Shown: piece by piece, positions 38,326 to 47,674 of the stretch | Position numbering within the stretch: position 1 is the first letter of the stretch | How the letters are laid out: the number at the start of each line of letters is the position of its first letter | NCBI GenBank assembly: GCA_037620805.1 | Contig: JASJLI010000099.1 | Span: 3,211 to 67,210, forward strand | DNA from: Akkermansiaceae bacterium | Lineage (GTDB): Bacteria > Verrucomicrobiota > Verrucomicrobiia > Verrucomicrobiales > Akkermansiaceae | Direction: 5' to 3' | DNA length: 64,000 bases | The notes under the pieces: model-generated | What the model was told of the DNA's origin: nothing | Database searches by the model: none | The model's input: the letters and a program-made list of their open reading frames with translations, nothing else | Program-made: the position numbers and the translations under genes

Positions 38326-39264
38326 TTACCTCTTCGCCGCTTGCTTTTCAATATCCTCGATCAGGTCGAGTTCTGGACGGAAATCGGCAGCGTGGTAGGA
38401 ACTACGGACAAGAGGTCCACTGGCAACGTGGCGGAAGCCTTTGGCTAGAGCGATCTGTTTGTATTCCTCAAACTTTTCTGGCTTGATGTAATTGACCACG
38501 GGCAAGTGGCGAGGTGTTGGGCGTAGATACTGCCCTAGAGTTAACACGGTCACATCGTGGGCCAGAAGGTCATCCATCGCTTGAAGAATTTCTTCCTCTT
38601 TTTCACCAAGCCCGAGCATCAACCCACTCTTGGTAACGACTTTTCCTCCTGCGATCGCTTTGGCCTTTTTTAAAACTGTGAGTGAGCGCTGATACTTGGC
38701 GCGACTCCTAACAAGCGCGGTCAATCGCTCGACAGTTTCAATGTTGTGGTTGAAAATATGAGGCATGCCACTCATGCAGAGTTCAAGGGCGAAGTCCTTG
38801 TCGTTGAAGTCGGGTGTAAGCACCTCGATGATGATTCCGGGGTTCGCCGCACGTACGGCTTCGATGACGAGTTTGAAGTGCTCGGCTCCACCATCGCGGA
38901 GATCGTCACGGGCGACTGCGGTGATAACAACATGTTTCAATTCCATGCGTTTGCATGCCTCGGCAACACGCGCTGGCTCATCGGCTTCGAGGGCGTCAGG
39001 GCGGGCGGTTTTAACAGCGCAGAATCCGCAGGCGCGGGTGCACTTCTCACCCGCGATCATAAAGGTGGCTGTGCCATGACTCCAACACTCCCACCGGTTA
39101 GGGCACTGGGCCTCTTCACAGACGGTAACGAGGTTCAGATCCTTGACTAGAGATTTGGTTGACCAGAATTTAGGATCGTTCGGAAGGCGCACCTTAATCC
39201 AGTCGGGCTTACGCTCGGTGTGGAGGGAAGGATCCATATTCATCCGTGGGCCGTGGCAGTTCAT
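38326..39264 (-). CDS. lipA: Lipoyl synthase
   Basis: CEEAQCPNRWEC and CTRACGFCAV clusters. Confidence 0.95.
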   Translation of the reverse strand: MNCHGPRMNMDPSLHTERKPDWIKVRLPNDPKFWSTKSLVKDLNLVTVCEEAQCPNRWECWSHGTATFMIAGEKCTRACGFCAVKTARPDALEADEPARVAEACKRMELKHVVITAVARDDLRDGGAEHFKLVIEAVRAANPGIIIEVLTPDFNDKDFALELCMSGMPHIFNHNIETVERLTALVRSRAKYQRSLTVLKKAKAIAGGKVVTKSGLMLGLGEKEEEILQAMDDLLAHDVTVLTLGQYLRPTPRHLPVVNYIKPEKFEEYKQIALAKGFRHVASGPLVRSSYHAADFRPELDLIEDIEKQAAKR

Positions 39265-39494
39265 GCGTGTCTTTTAATCCTGCTCCGATATCTTGCAAGT
39301 GCAATCGTAGTTGACGCTAATGCCGCCAAGGTAGCACAATTATTTGGTGGATTACCCTGCTCTTGCTGGGGTGAGGTTGTTTAAATTAAACCAAAACTAA
39401 GGTGATCTAAAGCGTGAATGGAGCTGTATTTTGCAACATTTTTAACTAGCCATTCATGAGCTGGATTTTTTTGCGTGTGCCTCCACAGTTAAAA

Positions 39495-40691
39495 TTAACC
39501 TCCGGAGAGAACCTTGGCGACGGCATGAAATGCCGGCTTGGGCTGAGATTTTCGGTCGAAGAGTAGGCCATGGTTGACGCGTTTCCATGGCCAGTTGTTG
39601 AGCCAGCTATTGCGGTCAGTGATTCCCCACATGGTAACTCGATCCACGTGCTTCCGATTGGCCATCACAGCCTCAAATACATCGCGGTAGACTTTTGCCT
39701 GTTGTTTAAGAATCTCAGCGGGGCATCCGTTGGGGTACGGATTCTGCTGTTTAGCTTTAGCACGAGTTTTCGGGTTCCAGTAGAGTTTTCGCGAAATGAC
39801 ATCGACGTCGAGTTCAGTGAATGCGCAGCGGATTCCTTCCGCGGCAAACTCCTTGAGAGTGGCGTCGATCTGCTCACCGATGTTATCGCCGATCTCGAGG
39901 TGGCTTTGACTTCCGACGACATCAATGCGGCATCCTTTGTCTCGGAGTGAACGGAGGAAAGTGAGAATAGCTTTCCGGCGTTTCGGATTCTCGACAGCAA
40001 AGTCGTTGTAGGTGAGCTTAGCTTTGGGGTCGATTTCAGCGGCGAGTTTAAAAAGCCGCACAGGATAATCTTTACCTAGCACTCGAGTGAAATCTGTTAC
40101 ACGAAAACCCGGATCATGGAGTTCGACAAATTCATTGAGCACATCCCATGAATCGACCCGACCTTTGTAGCGAGTCATGAGCTTCTCGACGTGAGCTTCG
40201 ACGCGTTTCCAAACGAGTTTCGCATCGGCTTCCTTGATACCATCTCGAAACAACCAACCGGGATAGTTTCCGTCGCGATTAAAAATGAGCGTGTGGCCAA
40301 CGATTTTCTGTTGGTTTTTTGCCGCTAAGTCAAATATGCGGTCAACCGATGCGAACCGGTATTCATTTTCGTTCGGGCATAGGGTGTGCCACTTCATGCA
40401 GTTCTCCGGAGTCACGGAGTCGAACTGGTTTGTAAGAATGTTGATCTCGTCCGCCGTGAGACGTTTCTCAAAATTTGTGGGCACAGCGGCTCCAATCAAT
40501 GGTGTGCCACTGGCTAATTGACGAAGAGAAGATGGGTGCGCTGGGTTTGCTAAAGCGCGAGGAGCCAGAGCGAGCACCGAAGTGGCGGAGAGACCTTGGA
40601 GAAATTTTCTGCGGGATGGGTCACCAGAATGAAGAATGGGGATGGGACGGGAGCGTGTGTGTTGACTCATGTGGAAGTGAGACAATCTCAT
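39495..40691 (-). CDS. Endo-1,4-beta-xylanase, glycoside hydrolase family 10, with a Tat-type signal
   Basis: SRRKFLQG signal; GHTLIF, WDVLNE and FTELDV catalytic motifs. Confidence 0.88.
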   Translation of the reverse strand: MRLSHFHMSQHTRSRPIPILHSGDPSRRKFLQGLSATSVLALAPRALANPAHPSSLRQLASGTPLIGAAVPTNFEKRLTADEINILTNQFDSVTPENCMKWHTLCPNENEYRFASVDRIFDLAAKNQQKIVGHTLIFNRDGNYPGWLFRDGIKEADAKLVWKRVEAHVEKLMTRYKGRVDSWDVLNEFVELHDPGFRVTDFTRVLGKDYPVRLFKLAAEIDPKAKLTYNDFAVENPKRRKAILTFLRSLRDKGCRIDVVGSQSHLEIGDNIGEQIDATLKEFAAEGIRCAFTELDVDVISRKLYWNPKTRAKAKQQNPYPNGCPAEILKQQAKVYRDVFEAVMANRKHVDRVTMWGITDRNSWLNNWPWKRVNHGLLFDRKSQPKPAFHAVAKVLSGG

Positions 40692-40826
40692 TTTTCAGAG
40701 TTCAGGTCGAGGAGAGTTAAGTGGTCAATCGACCATGTTGACTTTTTAAGTATACCGTGCAGTTCATGACTGCTCCGAAGCGCGGATATGTGGAAGACGG
40801 AAGTGATTGCCCAAAATCAGTGAGAA

Positions 40827-41975
40827 TCAGGGAATATGAAGCTCGAAGGGTGTTTCCGAGGCATGTTTGCCATTCACCAGAATCTCGATCTTGTGGGAGC
40901 CACCATAATGCCTGCGTGTGGTGATCTTCTTAAATGGCTGGGATTTCTTCAGAACGACCGACTGCCCGGGCTTGAGGCGGAGGTTTTTCCATTTGAAAAC
41001 CTTGGGGGCGGTCTGGCCGTTGGATTTCATGTAGTGCACGGCGTAGTCGATTACGACATACTGCTTTTTCTCTGATGTCGAAGTGATGTGGGTGGAAATA
41101 CCAAGTTTATCGCCAAGGATAAGGTGAGTCGTGGAGAGCTCGGGTTTGGCGACATCGAGTTTCGGTCGATTCGTAAAGCCGAGCAGCGGGAACACATCCG
41201 GGTGGCCAGCTTTGACCAACGTGCGGGTGGCGTGGCGGATGATCCACTGTCGGGCGGTTACATTGTCAGCCTGCCAGCGTTTGCAGGTTTCAATCACAAG
41301 TTCTGGGTGGTCTTTGGAGATGTCGTTGAGGTTGTTGGCAACGGATCGGCGCACGTAGTCGGATGGATCATCCTTGAGATTTTCCAGAAGGGAGATGACG
41401 GGGCCGGGGGCATCGATGTATTGAGGGAGTTGTTTTCCCCACGGAAGTCTGGGTCGGATGCCCTCAGAGGCGAGTCGGCGCACTTGGTCATTTCGATCCA
41501 AACACCAAATTAGCATTTGGTTATAAGTTTCCTCAGGATGAACCTCAAGAAACGGGCGGATAGCAAATTCCGCGGAAAACATCGTTGTGAGGTAGCGCAG
41601 CAGCGGCAGTGCGATGGTAGGGTGGTTCAATCCAAACTCGGCGACGTAGTCGATGATCGGCCAGCCGGCAAAAATTTGAAAGTCGTCCTCATTGTCATCC
41701 TCAGGCCAGTGGTCGCGGATGCATCCCAAGATGTAAGCCGTTTCTGGAAATGAAGAGGGCAGGTGCACTCCCATCACCGTGATCAGATGGCGCACGCGGT
41801 CTTTTAGCTCGAGCCGGTCCAATACCGACAGCGCATCACGCCGGAATGCCTCAGCTGAAAAGTCCGCGCCAGCAGCTTGAAGCGCATCGATAATGCGTTC
41901 TACTGCAGCCTCTCCGAGGCCATCTTTCATGAGTGTATTCTCTACCATCTCCGGATCAAGGACATGGCAAAGCAT
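40827..41975 (-). CDS. DNA alkylation repair protein (AlkC/AlkD-like HEAT-repeat family)
   Basis: RRLASEGIRPRLPWG...LKDDPSDYVRRSVANNLNDISKDHPE. Confidence 0.8.
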   Translation of the reverse strand: MLCHVLDPEMVENTLMKDGLGEAAVERIIDALQAAGADFSAEAFRRDALSVLDRLELKDRVRHLITVMGVHLPSSFPETAYILGCIRDHWPEDDNEDDFQIFAGWPIIDYVAEFGLNHPTIALPLLRYLTTMFSAEFAIRPFLEVHPEETYNQMLIWCLDRNDQVRRLASEGIRPRLPWGKQLPQYIDAPGPVISLLENLKDDPSDYVRRSVANNLNDISKDHPELVIETCKRWQADNVTARQWIIRHATRTLVKAGHPDVFPLLGFTNRPKLDVAKPELSTTHLILGDKLGISTHITSTSEKKQYVVIDYAVHYMKSNGQTAPKVFKWKNLRLKPGQSVVLKKSQPFKKITTRRHYGGSHKIEILVNGKHASETPFELHIP

Positions 41976-42017
41976 TTTTAACGATTGCGCAAGGGGATTA
42001 GGGGATTGTTTTTGGCA

Positions 42018-42917
42018 TCAGCGATCAGGAGTGTGTTTACTGATGATCGAGTGGTCATGACCTAGCTCCAGCAGACAGTCCGCACGCTTGGGCATTTCTT
42101 TAAACATCCAGCGGGTAAGTCGTTCATAGTGCATGATGAATCGTCTGATTTGCTCGTCATTCATGATGGATCGTCTGCCCGAACCTTCCGCAGTGCGTTG
42201 TCGTAATTTCTCTTCTTGAAAGCTTCGCCATTGATAAACACATTCAAAATCAGGTGCTTTGAGCATGACTAAGCGGTCGATGAGATCAAAAAGCTGAGCA
42301 TATGGCCCTGCTAATTGTTCGTTCGCATAGGTTCTCCATGATGCGTCCTTGTCTTCGGATTCTTCAAGACGATTGCAGGGTTTATCCAATGCTTGTTGAG
42401 GCTGCGCTTGAGCTCCGATACACCAACCTTCGAAGATGATGATATCGACTGGGGCATCGACCGATACCCATTGATCCGCAGGTGCTCGATCATCGATCGC
42501 TTTATCAAACACAGGGAGCTGAGTAGCTTTCTTGTTTTTGAGTTGCTCAATTAGCTCGATGCCCATGGAGACGTCATGAGTTCCAGGAACCCCACGGGTC
42601 ATCAAAAGCGGGTGAACATCAGCCGCGAGGTCAGCTCTCTCCTGCTGGGTCAGGTAAATATCGTCGATCGAGATAATCGCGCAGCGAAGCTGGTGTCCGT
42701 GCTCAATGGCTAAAGACAGCAGCTTGGAAAGTGTTGATTTACCGGTGCCTTGAGCTCCGTTTACACCAACGACCAAGGGTGTGTCGCCGTGGCATTGAGC
42801 CCATGAAACGATCGATTGGGCTAGGGGAAGACAGTAATCCATGGTCAAGGACTCGAAAGTAGCAGGTAGAGCTTCCTCTGTAATGAATGATTTTAGCCAA
42901 GGTGGGGGGCTGAGCAT
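42018..42917 (-). CDS. P-loop kinase (D-glycerate 3-kinase / COG4240-like)
   Basis: VVGVNGAQGTGKSTLSKLL Walker A. The internal ATG at 42917 is preferred; the longest ORF reaches 42986. Confidence 0.65.
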   Translation of the reverse strand: MLSPPPWLKSFITEEALPATFESLTMDYCLPLAQSIVSWAQCHGDTPLVVGVNGAQGTGKSTLSKLLSLAIEHGHQLRCAIISIDDIYLTQQERADLAADVHPLLMTRGVPGTHDVSMGIELIEQLKNKKATQLPVFDKAIDDRAPADQWVSVDAPVDIIIFEGWCIGAQAQPQQALDKPCNRLEESEDKDASWRTYANEQLAGPYAQLFDLIDRLVMLKAPDFECVYQWRSFQEEKLRQRTAEGSGRRSIMNDEQIRRFIMHYERLTRWMFKEMPKRADCLLELGHDHSIISKHTPDR

Positions 42918-43083
42918 AGATAAGGCAATATAGAGGTTAAAAGCGGGTAGCGAATATATATTTGCAAGTGCAGTGCGATGACACATTTTTTCAATCTAAG
43001 TTTTCCGATTATATTACATTCGGGTCTACTTGTCTTAGGTTACATTGAGTGTTTGATGAGTGGACATTTGCCGATTTGAAGCG

Positions 43084-45558
43084 ATGCTGCCGCCGATGTC
43101 CAATACCGCTGACCGCCAACCTGAACTTCTTTCCCCCGCTGGAAACTGGGACTGTGCCCGTGCGGCTGTGGCCAATGGTGCGGATGCTATTTTCTTTGGC
43201 CTGCCGAAATTTAATGCCCGAATGCGTGCGGACAATTTCACCGAGACTGATCTGCCCGAGCTGATGGACTTTCTCCACGCCCATGGGGTGCGGGGTTTTG
43301 TCACCATGAACACACTCATCTTTACCGGTGAGATGGAGGAGGCTGAGGCACAGCTCAGGTTGCTCGACCAATGTGGGGTCGATGCCATTATCGTGCAGGA
43401 TTTGGGGCTAGCTCGGCTTGCCCGAACCGTGGCTCCATCGATTGAAATTCACGCGTCCACTCAGATGACGATTACCTCGCCTGAGGGTCTGCAGTTTGCT
43501 GATCAACTCTACCAGCTCGATCGCGCCGTGCTCGCACGTGAATTATCACTCAAGGAAATTGGGAAATTTAAACCTACCGAAAGTGTAGCCTTGGAAGTTT
43601 TTGTCCACGGTGCCCTCTGCGTTGCCTATTCAGGTCAGTGCCTAACCAGCGAAAGCCTCGGTCAGCGCTCAGCGAACCGTGGCGAGTGCGCGCAGGCATG
43701 CAGAATGCCCTACACGCTGATAGTCGATGGCGAAGAACGCGACATGGGCGAATTACGTTATCTGCTCAGTCCACAGGATCTTGCAGCCGTTGATATAATC
43801 CCCGACCTGGTGAAGCAGGGAGTGGTTTCCTATAAAATCGAAGGTCGCTTAAAGTCGCCTGAATACGTGGCAGCGATTACCAAAGTTTACCGCAAAGCCA
43901 TCGATGCCGCTGTGGCTCAAGAAGAAAGCCCGATTACCAAAGACGATCGCTACACCATGGAGATGACCTTTTCCCGTGGTCTCTCAACAGGCTGGCTCGA
44001 AGGCACCAACCACCCGCGTCTTACGCATGGTAAGTTTGGTAAAAAACGTGGTGTTTTTCTGGGCGAAGTCACTGGCTGTGAACGCGGCTGGGTGGAAGTA
44101 AAACTGGCGAGCGAGATTCCCGTCAAGGCAGGCGATGGCGTGGTCTTTGATGCTGGTGAAAACCGTGATGACGAACAGGGCTCCCGCATTTGGGAGGTGA
44201 GGGGGAACCGATTTATTTTCTCACTCGAGCAGAGTGGGCTCGACTGGAATAAAATAAAAGAGGGGGTCAAAGCCGGGTTGAAAATTTGGAAAACAGACGA
44301 CCCCAAACTTAACAACGCACTCAAGGCGAGTTGGAAAAATGCCAAGCTTGAACCCGTTCGTGATGCCCTCGATATCACCGTTACCGGTGAAGCAGAGAAG
44401 CCTTTAACTCTTTCCTGCGGCAAGGTGACAGTCTCGTCGCCTGAAAGTCTTGAGGCAGCACAGACCCGACCGTTCACCACTGAATTTCTTGAAAAACAAC
44501 TGGGGCGACTCGGTGGCACGGCTTGGAAACTTGGCACCCTCACCAATGAGGTAGTAGGGGCTGTGATGCTGCCTGTTTCAGCCGTGAACCGACTCCGTCG
44601 TGCGCTCGTTGAAGCGATGGATGCACAGGATAAAGAACCCACTGTCCGCCTTGCCTCGCAGGGGACAATGGCCGATTTACTTCCTGTCCGAAAAACAGAC
44701 GAATCTCATCACCGCGAACTTTCCGCCCTCTGTCGATCGATGGAGCAGATTGAAGCGGCTCTGGAAGTGGGTGTTTCTAATATCTATGTCGACTTCGAAG
44801 ACATTCGCCGCGGTAAAGATGCCGTAGCTTTAGTTCGACAGTCCAAGAACGCACGTATCCACCTTGCCACACCACGTATCCAGAAATCGGGTGAGGCAGG
44901 ATTTTTCAAAGTCATCGAACGCGCTGAGCCAGATGGTGTGTTGATCCGTAACCTTGGTGGGGTTGCCCATTTTAAAGAACGAACCGACATCTACAAAACC
45001 GGTGACTTTTCCCTGAATTGTGCCAATCCGCTGACGGCAAAAATTCTTAAGGAAGAAGGTTGTTTGGATCATCTCACGGTTTCCTATGATCTAAATATCA
45101 ATCAGGTTCTAGATCTTTTGTTAGCTGCGCCTACGGATTGGTTTGAACTCACACTCCATCAGCACATGCCGATGTTTCATATGGAGCACTGTGTGTACTG
45201 CACCTTCATGAGCGAAGGGACGAGTATCTTAGATTGTGGTAAACCTTGTGAAAAACATCATGTCCAGATGAAGGATCGTGTCGGGCAGTTACATACCTTG
45301 AAGGCCGATGTGGGCTGTCGCAATACTCTGTTTAATGGTCGAGCCCAGACCGGTGCCCGGTTTTACCAACAAATGCGTGGCACAGGTTTGAGAAGGTTCC
45401 GTGTTGATTTCCTCGATGAGGATGCCGCCGCTGCGACCGAGACACTGAATGCTTATCAGCAGCTTCTATCAGGTGAGACCTCCGGTCAACATCTCTGGCA
45501 GGACCTCGATGTGATGCAGAAACTTGGAGTCACCGAGGGGACGTTAGAGGTAAGGTGA
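43084..45558 (+). CDS. U32-family peptidase-like protein (long form with a DUF3656-type C-terminal extension)
   Basis: ELLSPAGNWDCARAAVANGADAIFFGL, ESLGQRSANRGECAQACR, YKIEGRLK. The start is at 43060, 43084 or 43096. Confidence 0.85.
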   Translation: MLPPMSNTADRQPELLSPAGNWDCARAAVANGADAIFFGLPKFNARMRADNFTETDLPELMDFLHAHGVRGFVTMNTLIFTGEMEEAEAQLRLLDQCGVDAIIVQDLGLARLARTVAPSIEIHASTQMTITSPEGLQFADQLYQLDRAVLARELSLKEIGKFKPTESVALEVFVHGALCVAYSGQCLTSESLGQRSANRGECAQACRMPYTLIVDGEERDMGELRYLLSPQDLAAVDIIPDLVKQGVVSYKIEGRLKSPEYVAAITKVYRKAIDAAVAQEESPITKDDRYTMEMTFSRGLSTGWLEGTNHPRLTHGKFGKKRGVFLGEVTGCERGWVEVKLASEIPVKAGDGVVFDAGENRDDEQGSRIWEVRGNRFIFSLEQSGLDWNKIKEGVKAGLKIWKTDDPKLNNALKASWKNAKLEPVRDALDITVTGEAEKPLTLSCGKVTVSSPESLEAAQTRPFTTEFLEKQLGRLGGTAWKLGTLTNEVVGAVMLPVSAVNRLRRALVEAMDAQDKEPTVRLASQGTMADLLPVRKTDESHHRELSALCRSMEQIEAALEVGVSNIYVDFEDIRRGKDAVALVRQSKNARIHLATPRIQKSGEAGFFKVIERAEPDGVLIRNLGGVAHFKERTDIYKTGDFSLNCANPLTAKILKEEGCLDHLTVSYDLNINQVLDLLLAAPTDWFELTLHQHMPMFHMEHCVYCTFMSEGTSILDCGKPCEKHHVQMKDRVGQLHTLKADVGCRNTLFNGRAQTGARFYQQMRGTGLRRFRVDFLDEDAAAATETLNAYQQLLSGETSGQHLWQDLDVMQKLGVTEGTLEVR

Positions 45559-45645
45559 AACCACGAATTGCACGAATCTTCGCGAATGGGATTATTCATG
45601 TGTTTTTCATCCTAACTTCATCGTCAGTTCACACTTGTGTGAATA

Positions 45646-46334
45646 ATGATGACCATGGGAAAAGTAAATACAGAGGGGGATAGAAAAGGGCGTCGCGGAA
45701 ATTCCTGGATTATGTGGGTTTTTTTTTGGTGTTCGTGTTACTGGCAATGTCGGCGCCCGTGATTATGCGGTGAAGTAAAAAAGCAGAGGCAACCATGGCA
45801 GTTTCAAATGCCAAACAGCTTTTCTACCTGATGGTCGAATTTGATCAGGATTGGGGAGCGTTTCCTAACGATGCAACGTCAAAGAATGATAAGGATATTT
45901 TAGGTTATACGGGGAAGAATTCTAACGATTACCTAGGCCAATTCATCGCGGGAGGCTATACTACATCAGAAGAAATATTCTTTGCCAAAGGAGGATCTTC
46001 TACCGATAAAAAACCGGACAACGATATTGCGACTAAGGCGAAAACTCTGGAAGCCGGCGAGTGTGGGTTTGCTTATTACAAGGGAATGTCGACCAGCGAG
46101 AACACAGGCCGTCCATTGCTCTGTGCTCCGATGACTGGCAAGGTTAAATTCAACCCGAAGGTCTACAATGGTCTGGCGCTAGTGCTCCGCATTGATGGTT
46201 CAGTAAAACATTACCCCATCGATGAAAATGGAGACGCTATCCTGCCGAATGGTAAAAAGCTATTTGAAGGTGGGAAAGAAAGTGTATGGAGCGAAAAAGG
46301 CCCAGATGCTAAAAAGCTGCTATTTCCAAAATAA
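45646..46334 (+). pseudogene. Pilin/pseudopilin-like protein gene interrupted by a frame change at a T9 tract (45719-45727) and an in-frame TGA (45771-45773); the intact distal ORF is 45795..46334
   Basis: Frame 1 from ATG 45646 gives MMTMGKVNTEGDRKGRRGNSWIMWVFF. With one extra T the reading continues LVFVLLAMSAPVIMR-TGA-SKKAEATMAVSNAKQLFYLMVEFDQDWGAFP. The hydrophobic helix plus the SNAKQ-type motif resemble the pilin alpha-1 region. Confidence 0.5.
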
Positions 46335-46380
46335 CCCATTTATTAGTGAATAAATAGGCACGAAACCCGTCTATCTGAGT

Positions 46381-46650
46381 ATGAAACACAAGAAATCATG
46401 GATTAAGCTCACTGTAGCTGGAATTGCTTCGGCTCTTCTATTATCGAACTGCGTGACAAGTTATGACCAATATGGTCGCCCCATTCAGACTGTTGATCCA
46501 GGAGCTGCTGCTGTTGGTGCCCTCGTAGTTGGGGCTGCGGCCTACGCGATTGGCCACAATAACAGTCATTCTGGACGAGGTCACTATTCCGGGCATGGAC
46601 ACCGTAGTAGAGGTCATTACGGCGGCCATGGATACCGTGGTTGTAGGTAA
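46381..46650 (+). CDS. Small lipoprotein with a Gly-zipper and a His/Gly/Arg-rich tail
   Basis: Lipobox LLLSNC; GAAAVGALVVGAAAYAIG; tail HNNSHSGRGHYSGHGHRSRGHYGGHGYRGCR. Confidence 0.6.
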   Translation: MKHKKSWIKLTVAGIASALLLSNCVTSYDQYGRPIQTVDPGAAAVGALVVGAAAYAIGHNNSHSGRGHYSGHGHRSRGHYGGHGYRGCR

Positions 46651-46747
46651 TTGAGCAAGATTTGGCCCCTCCAGAGGATCGAATTGGATAATGTGGGATA
46701 AGATTTTTCTCGCCTGAAACGGCGAGATCACGTATCGATTTCCGCAC

Positions 46748-47485
46748 GTGGAAACCGCCGATTACAAAGTCAGACTCGATATCTTCGAGGGCCCCCTGGA
46801 TCTTCTCCTCTATCTGATCAAAAAAGATGAGGTGGATATTCATACCATTTCTATTGAGCGGATTACCAAACAGTATCTCAATTACATCGATACTTTCAAG
46901 ATGCTCAACATCGACCTCGCGTCTGAGTTTATCGTGATGGCGGCGAATTTGATGTATATCAAAAGCCGCACCCTGTTGCCCAAGTCCGTGATGCCTCCCG
47001 AGGAGGATATCGAAGAAGACGACCCACGCTGGGAGCTGATCCGTCAGCTGATCGAGTATAAAAAATTCAAGGACGCTGCCGGATATCTGTCCCGTAAGGA
47101 AACCGAGCAGGAAGATTTCTTCGCCCACCAGCCGGAGAAAAGCGCGCCACCCGTCGATGATGCTGATGCGCCACTGCCGGATGTTAATATTTTCGACCTC
47201 ATCCGCGCCTTTCAGAATGTCCTGAAACGCTTTGAGGAATCGACCGATCTCGGTGACATCGTAGACGATCGCTACACGGTATCGGATAAAATTGAACTCT
47301 TACTTGCGACTTTGGAAGCTGGAGGAAGTATCCAGTTCACCTCACTCTTTGAGGAGGCGACATCCAAGACGGAAGTTATCGTCACCTTCCTCGCAGTGTT
47401 AGAACTGATGAAGATGAATCAGTTCCGCATCAGGCAGGACTCGATTCTAGGCGAGATTGAGGTTCAGCGGAAGGATGTGACGTAG
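46748..47485 (+). CDS. scpA: Segregation and condensation protein A
   Basis: LDIFEGPLDLLLYLIKKDEVDIHTISIERITKQYL; GTG start. Confidence 0.9.
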   Translation: METADYKVRLDIFEGPLDLLLYLIKKDEVDIHTISIERITKQYLNYIDTFKMLNIDLASEFIVMAANLMYIKSRTLLPKSVMPPEEDIEEDDPRWELIRQLIEYKKFKDAAGYLSRKETEQEDFFAHQPEKSAPPVDDADAPLPDVNIFDLIRAFQNVLKRFEESTDLGDIVDDRYTVSDKIELLLATLEAGGSIQFTSLFEEATSKTEVIVTFLAVLELMKMNQFRIRQDSILGEIEVQRKDVT

Positions 47486-47674
47486 CGCTTCTTGAACGGG
47501 CTCCCCAGCTAGTTGTCCCATGTGGTGGACCAGTTGCGCGATGTATTGATGCAGAGGGTGGTGTTTTTTCACTTGCACGGGCATGTCGTCAGGTCTACTG
47601 GTATATACATCTGATATGATTCCTGAAGAGACGGTGGCGTTGTTGCTTCTCTATCCACATTTGTAATACCCCCC

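Noticed and set aside
39265-39494. Search for tRNA, tmRNA or RNase P RNA in the larger gaps (39265-39494, 47486-47674, 57989-58423, 52678-53185).
   Set aside because: I saw no T-loop (GGTTCGAATCC-like) with an acceptor-stem arrangement, no tmRNA tag ORF with a CCA end, and no RNase P GAGGAAAGTCC-type motif. Absence by eye is not proof.
46409-47128. Long antisense ORFs: 46409..47128 opposite scpA, 31266..31964 opposite floA, 25350..26060 opposite the Zn-ribbon protein, 43950..44642 opposite the U32 gene, 20203..20769 opposite nrnA, 7811..8290 opposite the HD gene, and several inside metH and polA.
   Set aside because: Each lies fully inside a gene with strong family motifs on the other strand. 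Their translations are low-complexity or Arg/Ser/Pro-rich with no recognisable motifs, which is typical of shadow ORFs.
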